The position numbers and the translations under genes were made by a program. The notes under the pieces were generated by a model. That model was not told the DNA's origin. It searched no databases and saw only the letters and a list, made by a program, of their open reading frames with translations. From a virus (lineage: Duplodnaviria; Caudoviricetes): a stretch of DNA of 61,734 nucleotides. This document shows, in pieces, positions 1 to 8,117 of this stretch (the stretch's first letter is position 1; each line of letters opens with the position of its first letter). The stretch is from positions 1-61,734 of the IMG/VR virus record IMGVR_UViG_3300008255_002410, one strand, 5' to 3'.

Positions 1-239
1 CAGCGTGTATGGAAGTCTGGATCAAACTGCCGAATGATGTTTGTACCTACTTCCTGCAGGAAGGGTCGGACGTCTTGTTCTTTATCCAGAACCACTCCGT
101 AGGCTGCTTGATGTAGTCGGTACAGGGCGTTCATGTACCCGAACTGGGTAAATCCATGATTTCGCTGGAAGCGATCAGCAAGCTCACCCTTGCCACAACG
201 AGCCCTCCCAAAGAGGACGATTACATCACGGATGTACAC
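1..239 (-). CDS. Deoxynucleoside monophosphate kinase (runs off the window edge)
   Basis: Not in the ORF track. Manual translation from GTG at 239: MYIRDVIVLFGRARCGKGELAD...RPFLQEVGTNIIRQFDPDFH. Has a P-loop GxxxxGK and the R-x-x-LQ-x-x-GT motif of phage dNMP kinases; GAGG SD upstream. Confidence 0.8.
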   Translation of the reverse strand, partial: MYIRDVIVLFGRARCGKGELADRFQRNHGFTQFGYMNALYRLHQAAYGVVLDKEQDVRPFLQEVGTNIIRQFDPDFHTR

Positions 240-576
240 TTACCTCAACTCCTTCCTGCCTTTCTTCATCCTGAAACACCCAGTCCTCCGAACACAGCTC
301 ACACAGCGTTCCCCAGCCCGGCCAGCTATTAATCTTTGAGGAGTCTGGGGCCGCGGCCCATACGCGCTGCCAGAAGAGCCACATTGTGTCGTGGTCCTGC
401 CGCTTTTTAGTTCTCTCAAGGAAGACCATCAGGGGTTCGAGCGGGTCTCCGTTTGTGCCTTGGGTCTCCTCGTGAAACTTGGACAACGGGACGCCTACGC
501 TGCAGGCTATTTGCAGCAGGTCGGCCCAGTTTTCATCAAGGGTAGTCCACCAGTTTTGTGGAGTGTTAATGCTCAT
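226..576 (-). CDS. Hypothetical Trp-rich protein
   Basis: 116-aa ORF with ATGA overlap to the upstream gene; WxxLCELCSE motif. Confidence 0.7.
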   Translation of the reverse strand: MSINTPQNWWTTLDENWADLLQIACSVGVPLSKFHEETQGTNGDPLEPLMVFLERTKKRQDHDTMWLFWQRVWAAAPDSSKINSWPGWGTLCELCSEDWVFQDEERQEGVEVSVHP

Positions 577-1052
577 GCCTCTACTTTGATTCCTTGTCCA
601 GCACAGGTGTGGTCTTGGATGGTGTAGTGCTTCTTCGGGTTCTTGTTCTCATGTAATTTCTTGAGCCTGCTGACGTGGGGTGTAAGACTTTCAATGAACT
701 CAGCGTAGTTCGTTGGAAACTGACGGTCGTCTTCCAGATTGCCGGCAGCCTGGCAGTCCACCAGGATTGCGATACAGGCCAGAATGTGAGCCAGGTGAGG
801 CAATCCACTTTTGGTGTCCAGTTCTTGACCGCTGTCCCAGAGTGCCAAGTGCCGCTGGGCTGCAGCGATGTAAGTAGAAGCTCGGGCACCCGCTGCTTTA
901 TAGTTTCCTCTGCCATACTGTAGCGCTCCATCCAGCAGTGCCAAGGACCCCAGAGCAGTAGCAGTTGCTGGCCACAAGTGCAAAGGTACCTTGTTGGCTC
1001 CAAAGTGTTCCTTCGGGTTTGTATCTTTTCCACACGGTTCTGAAGTGCCCAT
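573..1052 (-). CDS. dATP/dGTP diphosphohydrolase domain protein (DUF5664-like)
   Basis: NPK..G..K.PLHL.P, GALQYGRGNY, Y..AAQRHL..W..G.ELD..SGLPHLAH motifs; AAGGAG SD upstream. Confidence 0.8.
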   Translation of the reverse strand: MGTSEPCGKDTNPKEHFGANKVPLHLWPATATALGSLALLDGALQYGRGNYKAAGARASTYIAAAQRHLALWDSGQELDTKSGLPHLAHILACIAILVDCQAAGNLEDDRQFPTNYAEFIESLTPHVSRLKKLHENKNPKKHYTIQDHTCAGQGIKVEA

Positions 1053-1077
1053 TATCCAGGTCTCCTTTGGTTACTAC

Positions 1078-1106
1078 AATTTACATCTGATAGATGAGTC
1101 AGTCAA
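1078..1106 (-). promoter_or_regulatory. Sigma70-like promoter TTGACT-N17-TAAATT
   Basis: The minus strand reads ttgact gactcatctatcagatg taaatt, ending ~25 nt before the 1052 start. Confidence 0.6.
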
Positions 1107-1118
1107 TAGCTTTTGAGC

Positions 1119-1151
1119 GGGGGACTACCTACCGATTGCAGGTAGTCCCCC
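1119..1151 (-). terminator. GC-rich stem-loop after the GHKL gene
   Basis: gggggactacct / aggtagtccccc 12-bp inverted repeat. No U-tract, so a terminator role is uncertain. Confidence 0.45.
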
Positions 1152-1161
1152 TTAGCAGTTC

Positions 1162-2865
1162 TCAGACTATTCGGCGGAATCTGATGATTCTGGTACTTTT
1201 CCAGACGTCACCAAGGAACTTACTTGGAATACCAAGAAACTTTTTTCCTTTGCTATTGTAGGAAATAGTTCCAGAGGCCCGGCCTTCAGGCAATGTTATC
1301 GTGGCAACGAGGGAGCCATACCCAAGAATGTGCACCATCAGAGCATCCCTACTTGAGTACCACTCCGCCGATGTTACTGATGGGAGGCACAGTGAATCAG
1401 GGAGCTGTATCCTGAAATGATTCCGAAAAGGAACCACTTCGCAGGAGATACATACCTGTTTGCTGGAAATCATCAGCTTTGCCAGGTTCTGGTCTGCTTC
1501 ATCTCGGAACCGACTGCTGCCATCTCCAGCTCCAGTGACCAGGTGGTCCCGCTCGTGAACGAGAGTGGCCACGGCAACTTCCAGAACTTCCTGGTTGGTG
1601 CCTTTGAAGATCTGGGTGGACAGTCCGATAATTTTATCGACCGCCAGACCTAGAACTTCGTCCTGATGTTCCTCCAAGCAAAAGGTGCGGACCTCGTACT
1701 TGGTGATGTCTGGTATGTGAGCCTCCACAATAGCTACTGCTTCTTGGAGGAGCTCTTGATGCTTGGGCGGTAGGGATACCCACTGGATACGATCTGTTTT
1801 TGGAATCAGGTCTTCGGGAGTTTGAATTCCAGCAGCCAACAGAATCTTTTTGATCGCCCCTGGAAGTTCAGTTCCAACTACGCGGTATCCTAGTTCACGG
1901 GCTCGGAGTTCAGCATGGAAATCCTTTCCTGACAAGAGCGTTCCCTTGCACTGTCCAGGTGGGAATAACATTCTGAAACCAGCAGCCCAAAGTTTGAGCT
2001 CTTTCTCAGTCAAGTCTACAGCGTCGTATTCGGTGGCCTTGAACAAGTCCTCTTCGCTTCCGTGATTGTTGATGCTGTCAAGGAGGTCCCGGATCATGTC
2101 AACGTTGGCCATGTGTTTCAGGCCAAGGGCTATCGCGTGCTGATAGGTCCAGAGGTCCGAGATCAACCTTTCTTCGTCAAGAAGAGTGCTGTCTTTTGCG
2201 GGCCACAAGTCCACGTCGAATTTCCCGGACTTGCTAACCTGAGAGACCAGCATCCCGGAGACATAGAGGTGGGCGTTATCTCTATTACATCGGTAAGCAC
2301 GCACAGTCTCTTTACCCATAACCCAGGTGTGTACAGGTGTACCCTCGAGAAGGTATTTGTCCAGATGCTCAGCTAAGCGCTCAATCTCTCCAGTTGAATC
2401 CAAGGGAAGTAGGGTGGTGGCCCCGGCTTCTGGGTTTGGGTAAGCTTCCTGAATGACGTGGTACCCCTCGGTTTCATCCACAAGGTGGTTTTGAATCAGT
2501 TCTCGAACAGCCTTGTAGGCCCAGTTGTCATCCCCCGGGATGGGCTTGTCCCAGTTCCTGGCAGCGTCTACAGTTCCAAGTACTCCAGACGGAATGTTGT
2601 TGACGTAGACCTCAATCACGTCCTGGCTGAGTTCAAGGTCTGCCCCAGACCGGACACGGTACTCAATCCGGTAGGGCCCTTGAGTGTCATAGCCAAGGAT
2701 AGTAGGCGGGATACCTTTTCTGGTCAGGGCAATGGCAGCCAGCTTGGTTCCGGATCCGAATTTTCCCACCTTGGTGGTGTCCTGGGTCTTGGTACTAGCA
2801 CCATACACAAGGAACAGGTTCCTGGGTACGGAGACTCCTGGGTTATGAAAAACGAGGTACTTCAT
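1162..2865 (-). CDS. GHKL-type ATPase N-terminal domain protein with a C-terminal HExxH (zincin-like) motif
   Basis: N.G, GASTK...GKFGSGTK.A GHKL ATP-lid motifs; TLVHERDH; GGAGG SD. Confidence 0.65.
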   Translation of the reverse strand: MKYLVFHNPGVSVPRNLFLVYGASTKTQDTTKVGKFGSGTKLAAIALTRKGIPPTILGYDTQGPYRIEYRVRSGADLELSQDVIEVYVNNIPSGVLGTVDAARNWDKPIPGDDNWAYKAVRELIQNHLVDETEGYHVIQEAYPNPEAGATTLLPLDSTGEIERLAEHLDKYLLEGTPVHTWVMGKETVRAYRCNRDNAHLYVSGMLVSQVSKSGKFDVDLWPAKDSTLLDEERLISDLWTYQHAIALGLKHMANVDMIRDLLDSINNHGSEEDLFKATEYDAVDLTEKELKLWAAGFRMLFPPGQCKGTLLSGKDFHAELRARELGYRVVGTELPGAIKKILLAAGIQTPEDLIPKTDRIQWVSLPPKHQELLQEAVAIVEAHIPDITKYEVRTFCLEEHQDEVLGLAVDKIIGLSTQIFKGTNQEVLEVAVATLVHERDHLVTGAGDGSSRFRDEADQNLAKLMISSKQVCISCEVVPFRNHFRIQLPDSLCLPSVTSAEWYSSRDALMVHILGYGSLVATITLPEGRASGTISYNSKGKKFLGIPSKFLGDVWKSTRIIRFRRIV

Positions 2866-2874
2866 GAGACCTCC

Positions 2875-2890
2875 TTGACGCCGGCGTCAA
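2875..2890. repeat. 16-bp palindrome TTGACGCCGGCGTCAA, copy 1
   Basis: Exact match; on the minus strand it is followed directly by the GGAGG SD and the ATG at 2865. Confidence 0.95.
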
Positions 2891-2892
2891 GT

Positions 2893-2919
2893 AAAGAGAA
2901 AGGCCCCCCGGAGGGGGCC
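2893..2919 (-). terminator. Intrinsic terminator downstream of the tmRNA
   Basis: Minus strand ggccccc-tccg-gggggcc followed by tttctcttt. Confidence 0.7.
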
Positions 2920-2932
2920 AGTGATAACTATA

Positions 2933-2971
2933 GGTACCACCAGTTTGATTCACTATCAAACTGGTGGTACC
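2933..2971. repeat. Perfect 17-bp inverted repeat with a 5-nt loop
   Basis: ggtaccaccagtttgat-tcact-atcaaactggtggtacc, 13 nt past the tmRNA CCA end. Confidence 0.85.
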
Positions 2972-2984
2972 GGATCAATTGCTT

Positions 2985-3367
2985 TGGTGGATCAGCCGGG
3001 AATCGAACCCGGGTCCTGAAAGTCGCCGGAGTTCCCGAGTTACGTGCGTCGTCAGCTCAAGGCCCGTTTTCCTGGTTTAGCTGACATCACCAGGCGGTTT
3101 TTCCTCTCACGGTATTTCGGCCCGTATGAGGGTAGGCCTATCCCCTTTTTTATTACACTCGGTCCCCCTTACCAGGGGAGAGCTCGGGGGCGAGTGTGGC
3201 TTAGTTGTAAGCCAGGTGACCAGGCTGGTTGCCGCTCAGGTGAGCAGCCGCCATCCAGGCCGGGGTGCTATTGCTGTTCGCAGTTAGCGCTTGCCCGTTT
3301 TTACGTGGCCAGGCGCCACGGCACGCAGAATACTCCTAACTTCTCCCAGTCGAGGCCTTTCTGACCC
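2985..3367 (-). ncRNA. ssrA: tmRNA (transfer-messenger RNA), 383 nt
   Basis: 5' GGGTCAG pairs with 3' CTGATCC-ACCA, including the G3:U70 alanine determinant. T-arm ccggg TTCGATT cccgg; TCGAC near the 5' end. TAACT precedes resume codon GCG (3281); tag ORF 3201-3281 = ANSNSTPAWMAAAHLSGNQPGHLAYN. Confidence 0.92.
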
Positions 3368-3436
3368 GTATGCTACTTGTACCATAAGTCAGTGCTATAC
3401 TGCAATTGGGTACGAAACGTACCGAAGGAGACTCCT

Positions 3437-3850
3437 ATGCCAGAAACACTTTCTGCTGCTGCCTCTGCTTTCACTTCCATGCCCTGGGTAGTCCAGCCAG
3501 ATGACACCCTCTACAGCCTCTTGATGAAGTTTGTTTTCGGCGTCCTGTCCACGTTCGCACTGCCCTGGATGCTGAGCTTCATTCACAGGGATAACTTTCG
3601 TAGAGCGCTGTTCAAGGGTGCTGAAGCCTTCATCCGTGCAGTTTCAGAAGATCTCCTTCAAGATTCAGATTCCCAAGCTGGGTTTGCTCGACTTCTCAAA
3701 CAGTTCAGAGAGAGTCATCCACTGGCTGCTGGTGCAGACAAACTCGTAGAGCTTGCACTGCGTGCCGCGCTGAATCGACTTACGCACAAAGTCCCGGCTA
3801 GTTCTCGAGAAGCTGGAGCAACCATTCGAGTTCGTATCCCTGGAAGATGA
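3437..3850 (+). CDS. Hypothetical membrane protein
   Basis: ATG at 3437 after a GAAGGAG SD; one hydrophobic segment LLMKFVFGVLSTFALPWML. Confidence 0.65.
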   Translation: MPETLSAAASAFTSMPWVVQPDDTLYSLLMKFVFGVLSTFALPWMLSFIHRDNFRRALFKGAEAFIRAVSEDLLQDSDSQAGFARLLKQFRESHPLAAGADKLVELALRAALNRLTHKVPASSREAGATIRVRIPGR

Positions 3851-3910
3851 TGAGGTTCTTTGGCCCATCCAGGGAGCGCTCCCTGGGTGTATCCAAGGGA
3901 GGGCTGACGC

Positions 3911-4090
3911 GTGAAGAGTGGTAAGAAGAAACAACCCGTGTTTTACGAGGTATCTTCGTTTGAGCATCGAGGGAAAGACCTGGACACACTTCTGGATGAG
4001 CTGTGTGACAAGGCCAGGAAGTACCAGGTAGATGTTCAGCGTACTGCATCGAAGTACCCCACTGAACCAGGTCACTTAAAGAAGTTATAG
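3911..4090 (+). CDS. Small hypothetical protein (59 aa)
   Basis: Below the ORF-track cutoff. GTG start after GGGAGG; MKSGKKKQPVFYEVSSFEHRGKDLDTLLDELCDK... Confidence 0.5.
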   Translation: MKSGKKKQPVFYEVSSFEHRGKDLDTLLDELCDKARKYQVDVQRTASKYPTEPGHLKKL

Positions 4091-4171
4091 GGTTACCTTG
4101 GTCAGGTGTTGGAGGGGGAGGTTTTTGTGCTTCTCGTGTTAAGCTAGATTCTTACTCGAGGGCGCGTGATG

Positions 4172-4756
4172 TTACTGCTGAAGATGGTCAGCTTGAAGTT
4201 TGCTATTGGTCACCAGGGGGTGCTTCCAGGTGTGTCCTGTGATTGCTCGCCAGGCGACTTGGTGGGCAACACCGAATTCCCGACTGAGAAGAAAACAGTT
4301 TTCTCCGGAGGCGTGACGTTGCCTCATTTCAAGGACAATAGCTTCAGTCAGTTTGGCTCTTCCGTGGGCAGAGCCACGCGGGCGTGTAGCCAGATGGACT
4401 CGTGCTGGGTTGAGATCTCCACGAAGAGATCGACCTTTCTTGATCATGTCTTGCATGTTGTCCCTTGGGGTACCAAGGAAAAGATGAGAAGGGCGAACAC
4501 ACGGCGGGTTGTCACATCGGTGGAGAACATAAAGTCCTGCAGGAATAGCACCATGTCGAATTTGCCAGGCAGCTCGATGTGCGTATCGAGTGCCACCTCC
4601 AGTGAACCTGACTCTTCCGTAACCGTTGGAAGACCTGCCTGCTGTCCAGACCCAACAGCCAGGACCTTTCTTGACGTGACTCCAGAAATCTACCCATCGC
4701 ATAATCGTCCTCATTTCATCCGTGTGTCTCACACATTTATCAACACAATAGCACAT
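4172..4756 (-). CDS. Free-standing HNH (homing) endonuclease
   Basis: CWVWT...GYG...AHRAAW...VLHRCDNPPCVRPSHLFLGT..DN..DM, with an HTH-like C-terminus. The true start may be 4714 or 4702. Confidence 0.9.
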   Translation of the reverse strand: MCYCVDKCVRHTDEMRTIMRWVDFWSHVKKGPGCWVWTAGRSSNGYGRVRFTGGGTRYAHRAAWQIRHGAIPAGLYVLHRCDNPPCVRPSHLFLGTPRDNMQDMIKKGRSLRGDLNPARVHLATRPRGSAHGRAKLTEAIVLEMRQRHASGENCFLLSREFGVAHQVAWRAITGHTWKHPLVTNSKLQADHLQQ

Positions 4757-4778
4757 AAACCTAGTAACAGTCTACCAT

Positions 4779-5270
4779 ATGTCTACCGAATCTGAATCTC
4801 GGGACACTCGCGATAAAGTCATAAAGGCTCTGACTCTTTTAGATCAGGCCAGTCTTGATCAAGTCAGAATTGACCGAAAGCTCGAGGTTCATGTTCGGGA
4901 GCATCTTGAAAAGATCCAAGGTCTTGAGCGAAGCATCCTCATGTTGGACGGGAAGGCTGACACTCTAATAGCTAAGGTAGATGGTATCGAAGCTTCCATC
5001 TATGAGACAGCCCAAGCTGCTGTACAGACTGCTGTATTGAGTGCCATCACAGATGTCAACATCAGCAAGCGCGTGACTGATGCGATTGAAGTTGAGAAGC
5101 GAAATGCTAGCTGGTCCTTCAGTAAGTGGATCCTAGCTGGTATTTTGGCTGCTCTTATAGCAATTGCGGATGTTGGGTTTCACCTGGTTGTTGGTTGGGT
5201 GGATGGAGCACTCAAAAATCCTACTGGACCTAGTTCTAGTTCAAGCTCAGCAACTCGGATTACAACATGA
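4779..5270 (+). CDS. Coiled-coil protein with a C-terminal transmembrane helix
   Basis: Heptad-rich N-terminal region, then WILAGILAALIAIADVGFHLVVGW. Confidence 0.7.
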   Translation: MSTESESRDTRDKVIKALTLLDQASLDQVRIDRKLEVHVREHLEKIQGLERSILMLDGKADTLIAKVDGIEASIYETAQAAVQTAVLSAITDVNISKRVTDAIEVEKRNASWSFSKWILAGILAALIAIADVGFHLVVGWVDGALKNPTGPSSSSSSATRITT

Positions 5271-5641
5271 GTTACAAGATTCTTGTCATTGATGATAACC
5301 CGGATTACTTGGATATTCTGGCACAGGTCCTCTTGAACGAAGGGTTTATTGTTGTTGTTGCCAAGTCTGGACAAGAGGGTCTGGAGCTTCTTGAAACATC
5401 TGGGCCATTCAGGGTTGTCATTTGTGACTGGATGATGCCTGGGATGGATGGTTGCGAAGTTTGTTCACTGGTACAGCAATCTAGCCAGCTTCCAGAGGAG
5501 TTCATTTTTCTCACCGCTTATAAAAAGGCTGATACCAATACAGAGTATCCAAACTGCCGAGTTCGGTGGTTTAGCAAACCCACTAGTATTCCAGAGATCA
5601 AGGCGTTTATGCAGACCTTGAAGGCTGGTGAAAAGGTTTGA
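5267..5641 (+). CDS. Single-domain response regulator (CheY-like receiver)
   Basis: ILVIDD, phosphoacceptor D in CDWMMPGMDG, FLTA, KP; all catalytic residues present. Confidence 0.92.
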   Translation: MSYKILVIDDNPDYLDILAQVLLNEGFIVVVAKSGQEGLELLETSGPFRVVICDWMMPGMDGCEVCSLVQQSSQLPEEFIFLTAYKKADTNTEYPNCRVRWFSKPTSIPEIKAFMQTLKAGEKV

Positions 5642-5825
5642 GAGGTGTCTTGTGCCCCAACTTGCAAAATCCGCTGTTGAAGATTTTACGCTCCAAGAAG
5701 TCTCCGCCTTTCTGGATGAGGCTCATCAGTACATCAGCATGGTTCAGCACAAGTTGGATGAAGCCAGATCCGTCCTGGGGGTAATGCAACAGCAGATCAT
5801 TGACACAGATAAGAAAAAGCCGTAA
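5628..5825 (+). CDS. Small hypothetical helical protein
   Basis: 65-aa ORF overlapping the stop region of the receiver gene. Confidence 0.5.
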   Translation: MKRFERCLVPQLAKSAVEDFTLQEVSAFLDEAHQYISMVQHKLDEARSVLGVMQQQIIDTDKKKP

Positions 5826-5969
5826 GCTACCTCTGCTTTTTGGAGAAGCTTGTTAGCTCGCGCCAGGAGCTTCCCTATAGAAGGTCTGGCAGACCTTCCC
5901 GGTTTAGACCCCGGAGCCGCCGAAGCCCCCCAAGATACCCGCTCGAGGGGGGGCTTCTCTTCCACCTTC

Positions 5970-5985
5970 TTGACGCCGGCGTCAA
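5970..5985. repeat. 16-bp palindrome TTGACGCCGGCGTCAA, copy 2
   Basis: Exact match; 5 nt upstream of the AAGGAGG SD (5991) for the GTG at 6003. Confidence 0.95.
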
Positions 5986-6002
5986 CGGGAAAGGAGGGCA
6001 GT

Positions 6003-6548
6003 GTGAACATCCATCTCATCGTGCAAGGTGTAGACAAGGCCAAGACCCCGGTCTCAAATTTGAACAAGTACCTCAGGGGTCGGATGTCTCAGGTCACTCG
6101 AGAGGCATACTTCGGGGAGAAGCCCAAGCAGGCGACAGTCCAGGCGCTTAAAGGTTCTGACGGAAATCTCTATGCCCGGGACAGCGGGGACCAGTTTTTG
6201 CAAGTGACTTCCAAGCGCTTTTCTTGCCCTCGAGCCAAGTGGCGAGTTGACGCCGTGGATGAAGCCATCGAAGACCTGGCCAAGAAGCTGCCTGCTGGGA
6301 AGAAGATCACGATCCTGCAAAGCATGGAGTTCTTTCTAGGAGAGGCCGAAAAGAACATCGTGTTCTACGTGAGCGGTAAGTTCTCTTGGGCCGGCTCTTA
6401 CTACAACGCAGGAAAGATTGGTGGCAAGCACCTTGTCCTTCCCGGGGATGCCCGGCAGTTGATACAAACAACCACTAGCGAAGAGACGTCGCAGGAGAGA
6501 CCTGTGCTTCAGAATCAGACGAAGTCTGGACTGATTCTTCCCTGGTAA
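6003..6548 (+). CDS. Hypothetical protein
   Basis: In frame with track ORF 5850..6548; GTG at 6003 preferred because of the AAGGAGG SD. Confidence 0.7.
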   Translation: MNIHLIVQGVDKAKTPVSNLNKYLRGRMSQVTREAYFGEKPKQATVQALKGSDGNLYARDSGDQFLQVTSKRFSCPRAKWRVDAVDEAIEDLAKKLPAGKKITILQSMEFFLGEAEKNIVFYVSGKFSWAGSYYNAGKIGGKHLVLPGDARQLIQTTTSEETSQERPVLQNQTKSGLILPW

Positions 6549-7215
6549 CTCCTCCACAAAGTCCATTCAGCTCGGCCTCTTTGGCTTCAACCTGCTTGAT
6601 GAGGCCTGCTAGATGCGCTTGTCTTTCCTTGGTGCTTCCAGCCTTCTTCTTTCTTGAAAGTGCTTCCCATCTGTTAAGCAGGTAACCCTCCCGGTACCCA
6701 TCTCTTACAGAAGGCAGAACGCTCAATGGGGTGCGCTTCGGATCAGACATTACGAGGAACGGGCAGGTATAGACCCCAGTTTTTACTTTTTCGAAGACAG
6801 GTGGGCTTGCTACGTTTCCAGCGTGTCTCTCCGGGTTCTTGGCAGAAATTGTTATTGCGTCAAGGAATCTGAGAAACTTTACCCGCCACTTCATCCAGGG
6901 TCGGAAGTACTTTGGATCTGGCTGTCGTTTCTTTTCGAAAAAGAAGCAGGGGTTCTTTCCTTCGTACAGGCAATATCCCTGTCCCCAGTAAGGACAGGCA
7001 TGCGAAAAGCCCTGCGTCATGAGTAGAAGAAAGCAGCTTCCAGGGAAGTCTCGCCAGATGGACTGAACTCGGTTGAAGCGAGTTCTTTCGACGTTGCATA
7101 CAGGTTTCTGGCAAACCCTACACGGGTTCAGAACCTGGAGCTTCAACGATGTCCATATCTTGGTTGCTTTTTGTACCAGGTACCTTCTGAAGGAGATTGT
7201 ACTGGACCTGCTCAC
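6475..7215 (-). CDS. Hypothetical basic, Cys-rich protein
   Basis: GTGA overlap with the amidase stop; CxxC...C, CPY...C...C and CPF clusters. Confidence 0.55.
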   Translation of the reverse strand: MSRSSTISFRRYLVQKATKIWTSLKLQVLNPCRVCQKPVCNVERTRFNRVQSIWRDFPGSCFLLLMTQGFSHACPYWGQGYCLYEGKNPCFFFEKKRQPDPKYFRPWMKWRVKFLRFLDAITISAKNPERHAGNVASPPVFEKVKTGVYTCPFLVMSDPKRTPLSVLPSVRDGYREGYLLNRWEALSRKKKAGSTKERQAHLAGLIKQVEAKEAELNGLCGGVTREESVQTSSDSEAQVSPATSLR

Positions 7216-8090
7216 GAGCGGAATTTCAAGTAGATGGACCCAAGGACGTAGGCTTCCCAACTGTGAACGATTCGACTCCAGCCGCCGCCTACGTTCGCCT
7301 CGAGCACCTGGATTTCCTGCCCCTTGGTAAGACTTCCGATGATTGGGCTTCCAGTTCCCGGCCCAGCTCGCACGTTGAGTGTTCGGGAAACGTTCACTAC
7401 TGTGGCCCAGGTGATAGACTCTCCTGAGTCTTCTTCCTCTGTTACTTCTGGCCGTCCAAAGATCTTGGCTCTGATACGCTCCAAAGGAAAGGCTGGGCCC
7501 GGGTCATTCTTCCTTCTTGGAGCAATATCATCATGCCCGATAACGTCTTCAAGGCCATAAGTCTCGACCAGAAGAGTCCCAAGCTCGATGGCTTTGGCAA
7601 TCTGTTCTGACCGGTAAGCCTCCCAGTAACGTGGAGATGTTTCGTTCTTGTGCTGCAGATGAACAACCTGGGTTTTGACTTCCCTGCCAAGGTAGTTCAA
7701 GAAGCTGCCTCTCTCAGTTTTTTGTAGCGCTCCCCAGTTGCAGATTTCAATTCCTATTGAGTGTCTATTCAATCCAGAAAGGCCAAGCCAAGCACTCTTG
7801 CCGGCGTGCCAGGCCATCCTGTTGAAAGGGACCATCTGAATGGTTCGACCATTGTGTCCAATAATCACGTGGGCGCTGGCGCTGGCTCGTGGATTGAGGA
7901 ACCAATCTACGGTGTCTCGATCTGCTGTTGGAACTGATTCAGCGGCCTCTACACTACGAATGCTTCGACCTGGCGGGTCCAGGTCTCCACTTCCAGTGAA
8001 GTGGTAGACGAGGTAGCGTGGCTTGATGATGCCACCTTGGTTTTGGGTTGGGACGAATTCGGTGTTGAGCTTGTGGTTAGAGGTTTGCAT
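7212..8090 (-). CDS. Endolysin: N-acetylmuramoyl-L-alanine amidase (Amidase_2/AmpD-like) plus SH3b domain
   Basis: LVYHFT, ASAH, AWHAG.S.W, N..SIGIE, GHDDIAP.RK.DPGP.FP; C-terminal LNVRAGPGT...IG.L..G SH3b signature. Confidence 0.93.
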   Translation of the reverse strand: MQTSNHKLNTEFVPTQNQGGIIKPRYLVYHFTGSGDLDPPGRSIRSVEAAESVPTADRDTVDWFLNPRASASAHVIIGHNGRTIQMVPFNRMAWHAGKSAWLGLSGLNRHSIGIEICNWGALQKTERGSFLNYLGREVKTQVVHLQHKNETSPRYWEAYRSEQIAKAIELGTLLVETYGLEDVIGHDDIAPRRKNDPGPAFPLERIRAKIFGRPEVTEEEDSGESITWATVVNVSRTLNVRAGPGTGSPIIGSLTKGQEIQVLEANVGGGWSRIVHSWEAYVLGSIYLKFRS

Positions 8091-8117
8091 AATGTATACC
8101 AGAGAATTACAAAAAGT

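Noticed and set aside
2985-3016. Isolated tRNA or prophage att site
   Set aside because: The T-arm and CCA belong to a full tmRNA with a matching 5' end at 3367; no integrase or duplicated 3' end is seen, and both flanks are phage-like.
2458-3364. + strand ORFs 2458..3084 and 3044..3364
   Set aside because: They are antisense to the GHKL gene and the tmRNA and show no protein motifs.
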